Below, one piece after another: positions 38,863 to 52,572 of a DNA stretch of 64,000 bases. The notes below the pieces were generated by a model. That model did not search any database. It saw nothing but the letters and a program-made list of their open reading frames with translations, and was not told the origin of the DNA. Each line of letters begins with the position of its first letter. The stretch's first letter is position 1. Source of the DNA: an uncultured bacterium (GTDB taxonomy: Bacteria; Oederibacteriota; JAAXVQ01; JAUVAV01); contig CAVQBK010000003.1 of NCBI GenBank assembly GCA_963710755.1, positions 821,211 to 885,210 of the forward strand, written 5' to 3'. A program made the position numbers and the translations under genes.

Positions 38863-40965
38863 ATGGTTCTGATCTGCTGGGCCCTGTCCTTCGCCGGCCC
38901 GGCGCATGCCGCCACAGCCGGACTTCCGGATTTGGAATCCTTTCAGGCCAAGGGCAATACCAGTAATGGCCATGTGCTCATTATGGCCGATAAACTCATC
39001 TACCATGAAGACCTGCAACAAATCCTGGCCCACGGGTCGGTGCGGGTATGGTACAACCAACTCACCATGACGGCTGATGATGCCCAGGCTGATTTAACGA
39101 GCCAGGTGGTCAAGGCTCAGGGTCACGTCACCCTCAGCGAGGAGGGACGCGATCTGGAGTGTGCGTCGCTGACCTATAATCTCAAGACCGGATCAGCCGA
39201 AGCCTTGGGCATTGTTTTTGCCACGGACCCCTGGTACTATCAGGGCCGTTCTATTGAAAAGTTCGGCGATAAAGAAGTCATCATCACCGAACCTGCCTTT
39301 ACCACCTGTAATGCCCGTCATCCCCACTATCACCTTAAAGCCAGGACTATAGACGTGGTGTTGGGGGATGCTCTGACAGCCTACGATGCCACCTTGTGCA
39401 TTGGAGATACACCGATCTTTTGGATACCTTGGTTCCGGCGTTCCTTGTCCGATGACCGGCCGCCTTTCAGTCTTCAATTGGGCTACAATGATTTTGAAGG
39501 CTACTTTGCCAATATTAAGTATAACTACTTTTTTAATAAAAGAAATTACGGTGGGGTGTTGCTTAATCTGATGGAAAAAACCGGGGTGGGCACAGGCCTG
39601 GACCATTTTATTTCCTATCAGGCGCTGGGCGAAGGCAACAGTGAGCTGCATTTTTTGTATGTATTTGATCCCCGATCTAAAAACGAACGGGTAACCGGTA
39701 ATCTGGTCAGTGACCATCATTTCACACCTCAGGACGATCTCAAGTTAAGCCTCCAATACCTGTCGGATCGTAATTTTAACCGTGAGTTTTCCAGCACCTT
39801 GGTCGATTCCTATCAGCAGCAATCCACTTTGTTTTACAATCATCAGGGCAGTGATTTTAATTTTAATGCCAACATCCTTGAAAATCTGGCTTTTGATCCT
39901 TTACGAAACCAGTACTATACTGCCCAGCGCCAGTTACCCAGCCTGAGTTATTCTCTGTTTTCGAAAAAAATCACAGATTTCCTCCGGCCTGTTTATTTTG
40001 GATTTTCCGGCACTTTTGACCATGGCTTCATCGGCCAGGATTCTTCAGATGCAGTGGTGGTGCAAAACCGTTATACCGATGATCTGAAACTGACGCCGAC
40101 CTTGACCCAAAATTATGTATTCCCCATGTGGGTGACCACCCAGCCCAGTTTGGCCTGGTCCTTGAGTACGCCGCTCCGAGGCAGCAATAAAGAATGGTTG
40201 ATTCCAGGTTATGAAAAGGATCTCAATGGACAATATGCTTTATTAAATGCCTCCTACAACACCAGTGTGACTTTGACCAACAAATGGGTTAATTATGTGT
40301 ACACCAAACCGACCCATTTGGTGGAAACCCGTCTGACCTATGATTTTCAGCGCACCTTGGATCTGTTGCATGACCAGTCCCTGCCCAATGCCGGGGTGAC
40401 CAGTGAAGGTCTGCGCTTGAAGCTTACCTATAATATGGGCAATTTTTTATACAATGAAATCGGAACCCGCTACAGCTTGCTGCCCGTGATCCATTGGTAT
40501 GAAGCCTGGGATAATCCGCTGCTCACCGGTTATCTGCGGCTGCCCAATTTTAACCTTAATTGGCAGGGGACTTACTCTATGGAGCACCAGCGGGTGAACA
40601 GCGGTAATGTCAATTTTAACTACTATAGCGGCCTGTGGAATGTCGCGGTCAATACTTCATACAGTTTGGTCACCGGCATTGACCGCGCGCTGAAGGACAG
40701 TCTGTTTGTCTCCTTCAACGGCGGCTTACGCCCTCCGGGATGGGGATTGGGCCTGCAGGGCAGTGTGCAGTATAATGTTATCGATCATCAGTTCACTAAC
40801 TTCACCTTGAATCTGACCCGTGACTTGCATTGCTGGACCGGTCAAGCTTCGTTTAAGGTCTACCAGGACGGCCATGCGGAAATCGGCTTTGGATTGAACA
40901 TCAAGGCTTTTCCGGAAATTAAGGCCGGCATGGGCAGCTACGGCGGCGCCACCCTGGCGCCGTGA
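38863..40965 (+). CDS. lptD: LptD/OstA-like outer-membrane LPS-assembly protein
   Basis: Signal peptide 'MVLICWALSFAGPAHA', then an OstA_N/LptA-like β-jellyroll segment (ADKLIYHEDLQQILAHGSVRVWYNQLTMTADDAQADLTSQVVKAQGHVTL…SLTYNLKTG), 'PIFWIPWF', and a ~550-aa Tyr/Asn-rich β-barrel region. The upstream part of the 6-frame ORF (from 38689) contains the terminator and is not coding. Confidence 0.55.
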   Translation: MVLICWALSFAGPAHAATAGLPDLESFQAKGNTSNGHVLIMADKLIYHEDLQQILAHGSVRVWYNQLTMTADDAQADLTSQVVKAQGHVTLSEEGRDLECASLTYNLKTGSAEALGIVFATDPWYYQGRSIEKFGDKEVIITEPAFTTCNARHPHYHLKARTIDVVLGDALTAYDATLCIGDTPIFWIPWFRRSLSDDRPPFSLQLGYNDFEGYFANIKYNYFFNKRNYGGVLLNLMEKTGVGTGLDHFISYQALGEGNSELHFLYVFDPRSKNERVTGNLVSDHHFTPQDDLKLSLQYLSDRNFNREFSSTLVDSYQQQSTLFYNHQGSDFNFNANILENLAFDPLRNQYYTAQRQLPSLSYSLFSKKITDFLRPVYFGFSGTFDHGFIGQDSSDAVVVQNRYTDDLKLTPTLTQNYVFPMWVTTQPSLAWSLSTPLRGSNKEWLIPGYEKDLNGQYALLNASYNTSVTLTNKWVNYVYTKPTHLVETRLTYDFQRTLDLLHDQSLPNAGVTSEGLRLKLTYNMGNFLYNEIGTRYSLLPVIHWYEAWDNPLLTGYLRLPNFNLNWQGTYSMEHQRVNSGNVNFNYYSGLWNVAVNTSYSLVTGIDRALKDSLFVSFNGGLRPPGWGLGLQGSVQYNVIDHQFTNFTLNLTRDLHCWTGQASFKVYQDGHAEIGFGLNIKAFPEIKAGMGSYGGATLAP

Positions 40966-41126
40966 TCTGCGCGGCAAGTTAAAGGCCGACGCAGCGAACC
41001 TCTGCGGGTCTTCCGCCTTTCAGCGGGTAGGAGCTCAACATATTGCGGCCCTCCTGTAAAACCCATGGCTTTTTCCAACCAGGTGACAGCTATTTGACAC
41101 GCCGATTCTATCAAAAGGATAAAGGG

Positions 41127-41155
41127 TTGTTGTCTCCAGGGAGAAATGCTATAAT
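41127..41155 (+). promoter_or_regulatory. Candidate promoter with an extended -10 (TGcTATAAT) upstream of ugd
   Basis: TATAAT at 41150-41155 preceded by TGC, and TTGTTG 17 nt upstream. Lies ~50 nt before the ugd ribosome-binding site. Confidence 0.45.
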
Positions 41156-41203
41156 TTCCAAACTTTTTTCCAGGACAACAACTATTTTTTGGAGGCCGGA
41201 ACA

Positions 41204-42496
41204 GTGAAGATCTGTGTGGTGGGAACCGGTTATGTCGGTTTGGTGACCAGTGCCTGTTTTGCCGATTTGGGCAATGACGTGATCGGTGTGGATATCGATG
41301 AAAACAAAGTAACCATCCTCAACCAGGGCGAAATCCCCATCTATGAACCTGGCCTCAAGGAAATGGTGGACCGCAATTTGGGTAAACGCCTTAAATTCAC
41401 CACCGACCTGAAACAAGGGGTGGAACAATCGGAATTTATCTTCATCGCCGTGGGTACGCCGCCTGATGCCCGCACCGGGGAAGCGGATTTGACCGCCGTC
41501 AAGGCTGTCGCCGAGGGCGTGGGCCGCCATCTTAACGGCACGAAAATCGTGGTGGACAAAAGTACGGTGCCTGTGGGCATGGGCGATCTGGTAGCCAGCA
41601 TCATTGAAGAAACTGCCGGCACGGATCATCAGGTCCACGTCGTTTCCAATCCTGAATTTTTAAAAGAAGGCTCGGCCATCTATGATTTCATGAATCCCGA
41701 CCGGGTGTTGATCGGTACGGATAATGAGCAAGCCGGTGAACGGTTGAAAGAACTCTACAAACCCCTGGAAGCGGATATCATGGTCACTGATTTGCGCTCC
41801 GCCGAGATGATCAAATACGCCAGCAATGCTTTTTTGGCCACCAAGATTACCTTTATCAATGAGATTGCCAACTTGTGCGAGAAGGTCAATGCCGATGTGG
41901 CCAAAGTGGCCTATGGCATGGGATCGGATAAGCGCATTGGTCATGCTTTTTTAAATGCCGGTGCCGGTTACGGCGGCTCCTGTTTTCCCAAGGATGTGCT
42001 GGCTTTGGTGCAGAAAGCTAACAAGGAAGGCTATGATTTCAAGGTACTCAAGGCGGTGATCGCAGCCAATGATGCTCAGAAAGAATCCATGCTGATCAGG
42101 ATCAAGGAAGAGATCGGTCCCTTGGAAGGCAAAGTGATTGGGGCCTTGGGGCTGGCTTTTAAACCCAACACCGATGATCTACGCGAAGCCGTGGCCATTC
42201 ATGTTATTGAGAAATTGCTGGAAAACGGCGCGCGGGTGCGGGCCTACGACCCCGCCGCCATGGCGCATACCAAGACTATTCTTCCTGATGTGAAATATAT
42301 GGACAATGCTTATGACGTGGCCGATGGTGCCCACTGTCTGGTCATTTTCACAGAATGGAATGAATTCAAGGAGATGGATTTAAACCGTCTTAAAGCAGCC
42401 ATGAAGACACCAGTACTGGTGGATGGACGCAATATTTTCAATCCCCAAAAAGCCAAAGCTGCTGGGTTTCAATATCGCGGGGTGGGTAGGAAATAA
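41204..42496 (+). CDS. ugd: UDP-glucose 6-dehydrogenase
   Basis: 'KICVVGTGYVGLVTSACFADLGNDV' NAD-binding fold and catalytic 'GGSCFPKD'. GTG start 8 nt after a GGAGG ribosome-binding site. Confidence 0.9.
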   Translation: MKICVVGTGYVGLVTSACFADLGNDVIGVDIDENKVTILNQGEIPIYEPGLKEMVDRNLGKRLKFTTDLKQGVEQSEFIFIAVGTPPDARTGEADLTAVKAVAEGVGRHLNGTKIVVDKSTVPVGMGDLVASIIEETAGTDHQVHVVSNPEFLKEGSAIYDFMNPDRVLIGTDNEQAGERLKELYKPLEADIMVTDLRSAEMIKYASNAFLATKITFINEIANLCEKVNADVAKVAYGMGSDKRIGHAFLNAGAGYGGSCFPKDVLALVQKANKEGYDFKVLKAVIAANDAQKESMLIRIKEEIGPLEGKVIGALGLAFKPNTDDLREAVAIHVIEKLLENGARVRAYDPAAMAHTKTILPDVKYMDNAYDVADGAHCLVIFTEWNEFKEMDLNRLKAAMKTPVLVDGRNIFNPQKAKAAGFQYRGVGRK

Positions 42497-42581
42497 CCAT
42501 CTGTCAGCGCACCCTTGGTTCCATTAGGTCCTCTGTCCATGCCTCCGGGCTGGGATGAGAAAAACAAGGAGCAGTGGTAAT

Positions 42582-43325
42582 ATGTCACGTGCAATTAAAG
42601 GCGTCATCCTGGCCGGCGGGCTGGGCACCAGGTTAAAACCCCTGACCGACATTACCAACAAGCATCTACTGCCCGTATACGACCAGCCCATGATTTTTCA
42701 TCCTATCCAGAAAATGGTGGAAGCCGGGGTGCAGGATATCATGCTGGTCACGGGCGGTAATAATGCCGGCGATTTTTTGAGACTCCTCGGTGACGGCCGC
42801 AAGTTCGGAGTGCGGCGCCTGCAGTATGCCTATCAGAAAGGCGAAGGCGGCATTGCCGAAGCCCTGCACATGGCGGAGGCCTTCGCCGATGGCCAGCGCA
42901 TCATGGTGTTTTTGGGCGATAATGTGGTCAGCGAGTCATTGTGCCCTTATGTCAATAAATTCAAGCGCCAATCCCAGTCCGCCATGATTCTGCTTAAGGA
43001 AGTGGAAAATCCTTCAGCCTATGGCGTACCTGATTTCAAGGGTGGGCGCATTGAAAAAATCATCGAAAAACCGAAGGATCCATCGTCACCTTTTGCAGTC
43101 ATCGGCATTTACTTTTATGATGCCTCGGTTTTTAAAATTATCAAAACCCTGAAACCATCCCGCCGGGGTGAGCTGGAAATCACGGATGTGAACAATGCTT
43201 ATTTAAAACGCCGGCAGATGACCTATGAAGTGCTCAAACATCATTGGGCCGATGCCGGGGAATGCATTGACTCCTGGTTTCAGGCCAACCTCATGGCGCG
43301 GCAACAAAAGCTCAACTGTGACTAA
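42582..43325 (+). CDS. rmlA: Glucose-1-phosphate thymidylyltransferase, short form (RmlA/SpsI-like)
   Basis: 'IKGVILAGGLGTRLKPLTDITNKHLLPVYDQPMIFHPI' nucleotidyltransferase motif. ~247 aa, like Bacillus SpsI. Confidence 0.75.
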   Translation: MSRAIKGVILAGGLGTRLKPLTDITNKHLLPVYDQPMIFHPIQKMVEAGVQDIMLVTGGNNAGDFLRLLGDGRKFGVRRLQYAYQKGEGGIAEALHMAEAFADGQRIMVFLGDNVVSESLCPYVNKFKRQSQSAMILLKEVENPSAYGVPDFKGGRIEKIIEKPKDPSSPFAVIGIYFYDASVFKIIKTLKPSRRGELEITDVNNAYLKRRQMTYEVLKHHWADAGECIDSWFQANLMARQQKLNCD

Positions 43326-43337
43326 AGGAACTCACTT

Positions 43338-45501
<2,164 letters not shown>

Positions 45502-45556
45502 ACACCAATTACACTCTTCAATCATTTTGTTCGGGATAACCAGAGGATGATCGCTT

Positions 45557-46459
45557 GTGAAACTACTTATCATCGGCGCTGACGGTCAAGTCGGCCATTT
45601 CCTAATGCACCATGCCCGGGCTGGGCATGAGGTTATTGGCACTGGCTTTGATGAGCAAGTCGGCCTGAAGGCACTTGACATCACCGATAAGAACGCTACC
45701 GCCGGATTGATCAAAAGCGTGCAACCGGATCATGTTATATTAACCGCTGCCTTAACCAATGTGGATGGCTGCGAGGAGCATCCGGATAAAGCCTATCGTA
45801 TCAACACGGAAGCGCCGGTTCATCTGGCCAAATGCTGCCGCGAACAGGGCGCGGGGCTTACCTTTTTTTCCACCGAATATGTCTTTGACGGAAAAAATGG
45901 CCCCTATAGTGAAGCGGATGAGCCCCATCCCTTGTCGGTCTATGGCCGGAGCAAATGGGAAGCAGAGCAGCAAATTACCGCCATTTTGGAGAAGCCTTTA
46001 ATCATCCGCACCACCGTGGTTTTTTCTTATTTGCCGGGCTCGGTCAACTTTTTCATGCAGATCCTCAAGCGCGCCCGGCAACAGGAACCTATTACCGTCC
46101 CTAATGATCAAATTGGTAATCCCACTCATGCCTACAATCTGGCAGGAGCCGCCTTGGAGTTGGTGGAGCAGAGTCAAACCGGCCTTTTTAATCTGGTGGG
46201 TACCAGCCGCGTGGGACGCGAAGAATTTGCAAAAAAAATATTAGAAAAGTTTAATTTTACCCATACCCAAGTGAGTACGCTCAGCACCAAGGAGCTTCAT
46301 CAAAAAGCCGCCCGGCCATTACAGGCCGGATTGAAAACCGAAAAGGCTTCGCTGCTCCTAGTGCGTAATCCGCTGTGGTCTTTGGACCAGGCACTGGACT
46401 TTACAGTCGCCCAAGCGAAGCTTAAGGAGAAGCAGGATGGACACCTCAGCCAAGGCTAA
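45557..46459 (+). CDS. rmlD: dTDP-4-dehydrorhamnose reductase family protein (RmlD-like)
   Basis: 'MKLLIIGADGQVGHFL…', catalytic 'SVYGRSKWEAE', ~300 aa. GTG start. Confidence 0.75.
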   Translation: MKLLIIGADGQVGHFLMHHARAGHEVIGTGFDEQVGLKALDITDKNATAGLIKSVQPDHVILTAALTNVDGCEEHPDKAYRINTEAPVHLAKCCREQGAGLTFFSTEYVFDGKNGPYSEADEPHPLSVYGRSKWEAEQQITAILEKPLIIRTTVVFSYLPGSVNFFMQILKRARQQEPITVPNDQIGNPTHAYNLAGAALELVEQSQTGLFNLVGTSRVGREEFAKKILEKFNFTHTQVSTLSTKELHQKAARPLQAGLKTEKASLLLVRNPLWSLDQALDFTVAQAKLKEKQDGHLSQG

Positions 46460-47495
46460 ACGCAAACAGCGCCTGCAGATTGCCGTTGGCATTGTGATCA
46501 GCCTGGTATTTGTCTTCCTGGCTCTGCGCAATATTGAATTTTCCAAGCTGTGGGCCACGTTCGCCAAGCTCAACGCCTGGTGGCTCATCCCCGGCGCCAT
46601 CATCATCTTAGGCACTTATTACCTGCGGGTGTTGCTCTGGCAGCTGGTATTGAAGCAAAAGTATGCCACCAACCAATGGGATCTGTTTCGCATCATTACC
46701 ATCGGTTATTTCACTAATAATATACTTCCGCTGAAGTTAGGTGAGGTGGTCAGGGCCTGGCTGCTGAGCAAGAAGGAACAGCTCCCCATGAGCACGGCCT
46801 TCGCTGTGGTGGTTATGGAGCGCGGGTCGGATTTGCTGGCCATGTTGATTTATTTTTTGGTGATGCTGATGCTGGTTCCGTTTGCCCCATGGCTGAAATT
46901 ATCCGGTGCCATTCTGGGCGGCGTGGGGATGGGGTTTCTGCTGGTGGTGCTTTTGAATTACCGCTTTGGCGGACACCTGCTGGAAAAAATTGAAGGGCCT
47001 TTGAACAAACTCCATCCCAAGATCGGCCCTTTCATTCACCGCCAATTGGATAAATTTTTGGAAGGGTTGAAATTGTTGAACCGTCCTTCCCAGGCCTTGG
47101 GCGTGATGGGTCTGGCCTTGTTGGCCTGGCTGGGATGGATGGTGGTCACTTATACCTGTTTTAAGGCCATGAATGTCAATTTGCCTTTTCTGGCCGCGGT
47201 TTTTCTGATCGTGGTTTTAAATTTTGGGCTGATGATTCCTTCCTCGCCGGGTGGTATCGGCGTTTTTGAATTCATGGTCATCTTGGCGCTCAAACCCTTT
47301 GGCGTGGAAAAAGAGTTGGCCCTGGGTATAGGCTTTACTTTTCATATGCTCCAATACGTCTTGACTTTGGTGTTGGGCTGGGTGTTTGCCTTGCAAATGA
47401 ATGTTTCCATGTCCGCCGCTTATCATGCCGGTCAGGCATCCGGGGAAAGCGGCCGGCCTGTTACTGACGGAACAGAAGGTTTGGGAGAGCAATGA
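46437..47495 (+). CDS. Flippase-like / LPG-synthase-TM (UPF0104) family membrane protein
   Basis: Charged N-terminus 'KRKQRLQIAVGIVISLVFVFLAL', eight transmembrane segments, and a pattern characteristic of this family. Overlaps the end of the rmlD-like gene. Confidence 0.6.
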   Translation: MDTSAKAKRKQRLQIAVGIVISLVFVFLALRNIEFSKLWATFAKLNAWWLIPGAIIILGTYYLRVLLWQLVLKQKYATNQWDLFRIITIGYFTNNILPLKLGEVVRAWLLSKKEQLPMSTAFAVVVMERGSDLLAMLIYFLVMLMLVPFAPWLKLSGAILGGVGMGFLLVVLLNYRFGGHLLEKIEGPLNKLHPKIGPFIHRQLDKFLEGLKLLNRPSQALGVMGLALLAWLGWMVVTYTCFKAMNVNLPFLAAVFLIVVLNFGLMIPSSPGGIGVFEFMVILALKPFGVEKELALGIGFTFHMLQYVLTLVLGWVFALQMNVSMSAAYHAGQASGESGRPVTDGTEGLGEQ

Positions 47496-47498
47496 TTC

Positions 47499-48458
47499 AT
47501 GAAACTTAAACTATTAATCACCGGTGTGGAAGGGTTTGCCGGGTCCTATTTGGCCCAGTGGGGGCTGGAGCAGGGAGCAGTGGTTCATGGCACGGTCTAT
47601 CCCCGGGCCTCTCTGCGAAATATCGAGGCCATCAAAGGGCTGCACACGCATCCTGTGGATATCCTGGAAGCCGACCGCTTGGCTGAGCTGGTTAAGGCTA
47701 TCAAGCCTGATTACATTTTCCATTTGGCCGGACAGAGCAATGTCTTTGCCAGTAACGAGCTGGCTGATCAGACACTCAAGACCAATGTGATGGGTAACTT
47801 CAATATTATAGAAGCGGTCAGAAAATCCGCCATAAAAGCAAGAGTGTTGATTGTGGGCTCGGCCAATGAGTATGGAAAAGTCCCTAAAAAAGAACATCCC
47901 ATCAATGAACAACAACCGCTCAATCCTGATAATCCCTATGCAGTGTCCAAAGTCTGCCAGGAATTAATGGGACACTATTATGCAAAGCAGCACAACCTTG
48001 ATATTGTTACGGTAAGACCGTTTAATTATATCGGGCCCAGGCAGGCCTTGGGGTTCGTGTGTTCTGATTTTGCCCATCAATTGGTGCAAATTGAAAGAAA
48101 AGAAAAGCCCCCTCTTATGGAAGTGGGTAATCTAAATGTGTATCGTGATTTTACGGATGTGCGCGATATGGTCAGAGGTTACTGGCTGGCTTTGGCCAAA
48201 GGGAAAAAAGGGGGCCTCTACAATCTCTGTTCAGGTCAGTATTACAGCATTAAGTCCCTGTTAAATTCCATGATCGCCATGACCGGATGCAAGGTTGAGA
48301 TCAAGATAAAAGCAGGCATGATCAGGTCCAATGAAAACCGCTGTTTTTACGGGGATTGCACTAAATTTCAGAATATCACCAAATGGAAAGCGCAAATTCC
48401 CATAGAAGAGACCTTGCGCGATATATTGGATTATTGGCGAGGAGTTAATAGGTCATAA
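47499..48458 (+). CDS. NAD-dependent sugar-nucleotide epimerase/reductase (Rmd-like, GDP-4-keto-6-deoxymannose reductase candidate)
   Basis: 'LLITGVEGFAGSYLAQW' Rossmann fold and catalytic 'NPYAVSKVCQE' (YxxxK), similar in layout to Rmd proteins. The 3' end carries repeat copy A. Confidence 0.65.
   Translation: MKLKLLITGVEGFAGSYLAQWGLEQGAVVHGTVYPRASLRNIEAIKGLHTHPVDILEADRLAELVKAIKPDYIFHLAGQSNVFASNELADQTLKTNVMGNFNIIEAVRKSAIKARVLIVGSANEYGKVPKKEHPINEQQPLNPDNPYAVSKVCQELMGHYYAKQHNLDIVTVRPFNYIGPRQALGFVCSDFAHQLVQIERKEKPPLMEVGNLNVYRDFTDVRDMVRGYWLALAKGKKGGLYNLCSGQYYSIKSLLNSMIAMTGCKVEIKIKAGMIRSNENRCFYGDCTKFQNITKWKAQIPIEETLRDILDYWRGVNRS
48344..48397 (+). repeat. Direct repeat copy A (54 bp; identical to 49148-49201)
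   Basis: Exact 54-bp match seen directly. This copy lies inside the 3' end of the Rmd-like gene. Confidence 0.9.
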
Positions 48459-48550
48459 CGAATTTCCCGGGAAGGCCCCTATTTCCCGTGGTTTTTCTCA
48501 ATTGCATTCTTTATAATAACAAGTAATGGTTACGAAAGAGGTGGTATCTC

Positions 48551-48775
48551 ATGACTGAAAATCTAAAGCATATCTTTTCAGAAGCGTTGGCATTGTCGCC
48601 CATGGAACGAGCTGAATTGGTGGAAAAAATTCTGACCAGTTTTGAGTTTCCCAACCGCAAGATGATAGATGAAGCCTGGATTACCGAAGTGGAGGAGCGT
48701 ATCGATAAGTTTGAAGAGGGCCGCATTGAGGCCAGACCTGCCCAGGATGTTTTCAAACAAATCGACAACATCTAA
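48551..48775 (+). CDS. Putative addiction-module antitoxin (small acidic antidote protein)
   Basis: 74 aa, '…ALALSPMERAELVEKIL…DEAWITEVEERIDKFEEG' antidote-type sequence. Strong AAAGAGGTGG ribosome-binding site. Immediately followed by a RelE/ParE-like gene. Confidence 0.6.
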   Translation: MTENLKHIFSEALALSPMERAELVEKILTSFEFPNRKMIDEAWITEVEERIDKFEEGRIEARPAQDVFKQIDNI

Positions 48776-48778
48776 ATA

Positions 48779-49081
48779 ATGAAGATCAAATTCCTTCAAC
48801 CAGCTGAGGATGAATTTATTGAGGCCGTCAATTATTACAACGGGCAAAGTGAGGGTCTTGGCTTTGAATTTGCGTTGGAAATAAGGCACACGCTTGAGAG
48901 GATCAATGGCCACCCGGAAGCCTGGACACAGCTTTCGAAACGTTCACGCCGCTGCCGCACCAATAGATTTCCTTATGGCGTTGTTTACCAGGCCAAAGGG
49001 GAAGAAATACTCATTATTGCTGTCATGCATCTTCATAAACACCCCCGGTCATGGAAAACGCGGGTCCGCAAGGTGACTTAA
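48779..49081 (+). CDS. RelE/ParE-family toxin
   Basis: 100 aa, '…FIEAVNYYNGQSEGLGFEFALEI…' and a C-terminal 'RFPYGVVYQAKGEEILIIAVMHLHKHP' β-sheet core typical of ParE/RelE. Overlaps the antitoxin stop codon. Confidence 0.65.
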   Translation: MKIKFLQPAEDEFIEAVNYYNGQSEGLGFEFALEIRHTLERINGHPEAWTQLSKRSRRCRTNRFPYGVVYQAKGEEILIIAVMHLHKHPRSWKTRVRKVT

Positions 49082-49145
49082 AAAAAGCCTTTGGGTCTAT
49101 CGCATTCTCTGCCCGGGGATGATGACCAGGCCCAACGCAACCCTT

Positions 49146-49259
49146 TATTTTTACGGGGATTGCACTAAATTTCAGAATATCACCAAATGGAAAGCGCAAA
49201 TACCTATGCAACAAACACTTAAGGATATTCTCGACTATTGGCGTGCTTTTAAAACCTAA
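49146..49259 (+). pseudogene. Orphan 3' fragment (last ~37 codons) of an Rmd-like gene, variant allele
   Basis: Translates in frame to 'YFYGDCTKFQNITKWKAQIPMQQTLKDILDYWRAFKT*', compared with the live gene tail 'CFYGDCTKFQNITKWKAQIPIEETLRDILDYWRGVNRS*'. It has no start codon and contains repeat copy B (49148-49201). Confidence 0.6.
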
Positions 49260-49328
49260 GTATTAAAACATTGGCTTAAAAGCACCTTTTGACAAAAAGA
49301 CAGGTTTTTGCCATAATTTAGCGCTTAA

Positions 49329-51056
<1,728 letters not shown>

Positions 51057-51061
51057 TAGAT

Positions 51062-52408
51062 ATGACTTATTTATTGTTTCTTTTAATTTGTGGGTTATTT
51101 TTTATTATCTCTTTTTTAAAGCCCGAATGGGGTTTATTGATTTTATTAGGGATAGTAATTTTTTTTCGGGAAGGATGGCATCCCGCTCTTTTACATGCCT
51201 GGACGTTTTATAATAATATTGAGATCGCCAATATACATGTTTTTGAAGTATTAATCCTAAGTTTGATAGGTATAACCCTATTTAAAAGAAATGTTTTAGA
51301 AAAAAAAACCTTATGGCTTCCGCCATTTACTTGGGTGGTAATATTATTCTTAAGTAATCTGGTCTTTTCAGCTTTTTATGGCTATGCGAATGGGGCCAGT
51401 CTCCGCCATGCAATGGGATATGGCGAGTGGCGGATTTTATTCTTAATGTTTTGTCTTTTTCTTATTATTCCCATGATTTTGGATAATCCTCAAAAACTGA
51501 AGAAATTTTTCACGGTTTTTTTTATCTTAGGCGTTATTCGCTGTCTGATTGGATGGCTCACTTATTTACAAGGGAAGAGCTTAATCCATCCTACCTTGAA
51601 CATACCCGTGGTATTTTGGGATTCAGGTGATAATTTATTGCTCTCGATTTTGATCGTTATAGCTGTAGTGCAATTACTATTAAATAAAAAATTGACTGCT
51701 GGGTTAATAGTAAAAGTAGGCTTTATTATACCTATGACCTTGGCCATCCTGCTTTCCTATAGGCGGACCTATTGGTTATTTTTGATTCTTTCTTTGACAG
51801 TAGTTTTCTTTTTAGTCAACATAAAAGGACGAATACGATACCTTGTGTTAATGTTTTTTGGTGGAAGTCTCATACTGGGCCTTTTGGCGATCAACTTTTC
51901 CCAGCCCGGGGTGGCAAGGTTGCTGGAAAGAGCCGAATCTTTTTTTACCCTTCGCGCTGACACCAATAGATTTCATATTTATGATTTATATGATGCCATG
52001 CAAACCATTAGCAAATTCCCGGTATTGGGGGTAGGCATGGGCAATGGGTTTAAAAGAATCAAAACATTGGAGTACGGGATCATGGGAGAACCCGTGACAA
52101 CTAATATCGTCCATAATACCTACTTACATGTTTGGTTGAAAATGGGATTGTTTGGATTGATGATTTTTATAATGTTCATCATTTTCTACTACCATTTTAT
52201 TTTGAAACGATTTAATAAAATTAAGGACCCTTTTAATAAAACTGTTATCATAAGCAGCTTGGCTGTTTTAACTGGACTTTTAGGTGTCTTCTTTTGGGGG
52301 CCTGGTTTGGTTGATAACACACGTAATATTTTTCTGATGTTTTCATTACTGGGTGCCGCCACAACGGTTATAGCCTATAACAAATCCAGGGATAATTCAT
52401 CCGGTTAG
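51062..52408 (+). CDS. O-antigen polymerase/ligase family protein (Wzy_C domain)
   Basis: ~11 transmembrane helices and a large periplasmic loop with '…NTYLHVWLKMGLFGL', a Wzy_C-like signature. AT-rich. Confidence 0.7.
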   Translation: MTYLLFLLICGLFFIISFLKPEWGLLILLGIVIFFREGWHPALLHAWTFYNNIEIANIHVFEVLILSLIGITLFKRNVLEKKTLWLPPFTWVVILFLSNLVFSAFYGYANGASLRHAMGYGEWRILFLMFCLFLIIPMILDNPQKLKKFFTVFFILGVIRCLIGWLTYLQGKSLIHPTLNIPVVFWDSGDNLLLSILIVIAVVQLLLNKKLTAGLIVKVGFIIPMTLAILLSYRRTYWLFLILSLTVVFFLVNIKGRIRYLVLMFFGGSLILGLLAINFSQPGVARLLERAESFFTLRADTNRFHIYDLYDAMQTISKFPVLGVGMGNGFKRIKTLEYGIMGEPVTTNIVHNTYLHVWLKMGLFGLMIFIMFIIFYYHFILKRFNKIKDPFNKTVIISSLAVLTGLLGVFFWGPGLVDNTRNIFLMFSLLGAATTVIAYNKSRDNSSG

Positions 52409-52572
52409 TTCTTATTGCGGAAAGACCATTTTAGCTTTAGTGACTGGCAATAGTTGTAATTTTAAACTTCTGTCGTCCCGGCGTGCCAGCATGATGAATT
52501 CGGCCGGGTGTCATTTTATGAAAGAGGTCTTTCCACAACAGAAACTACCTTAAAAAACAATGGTGAAAAATC

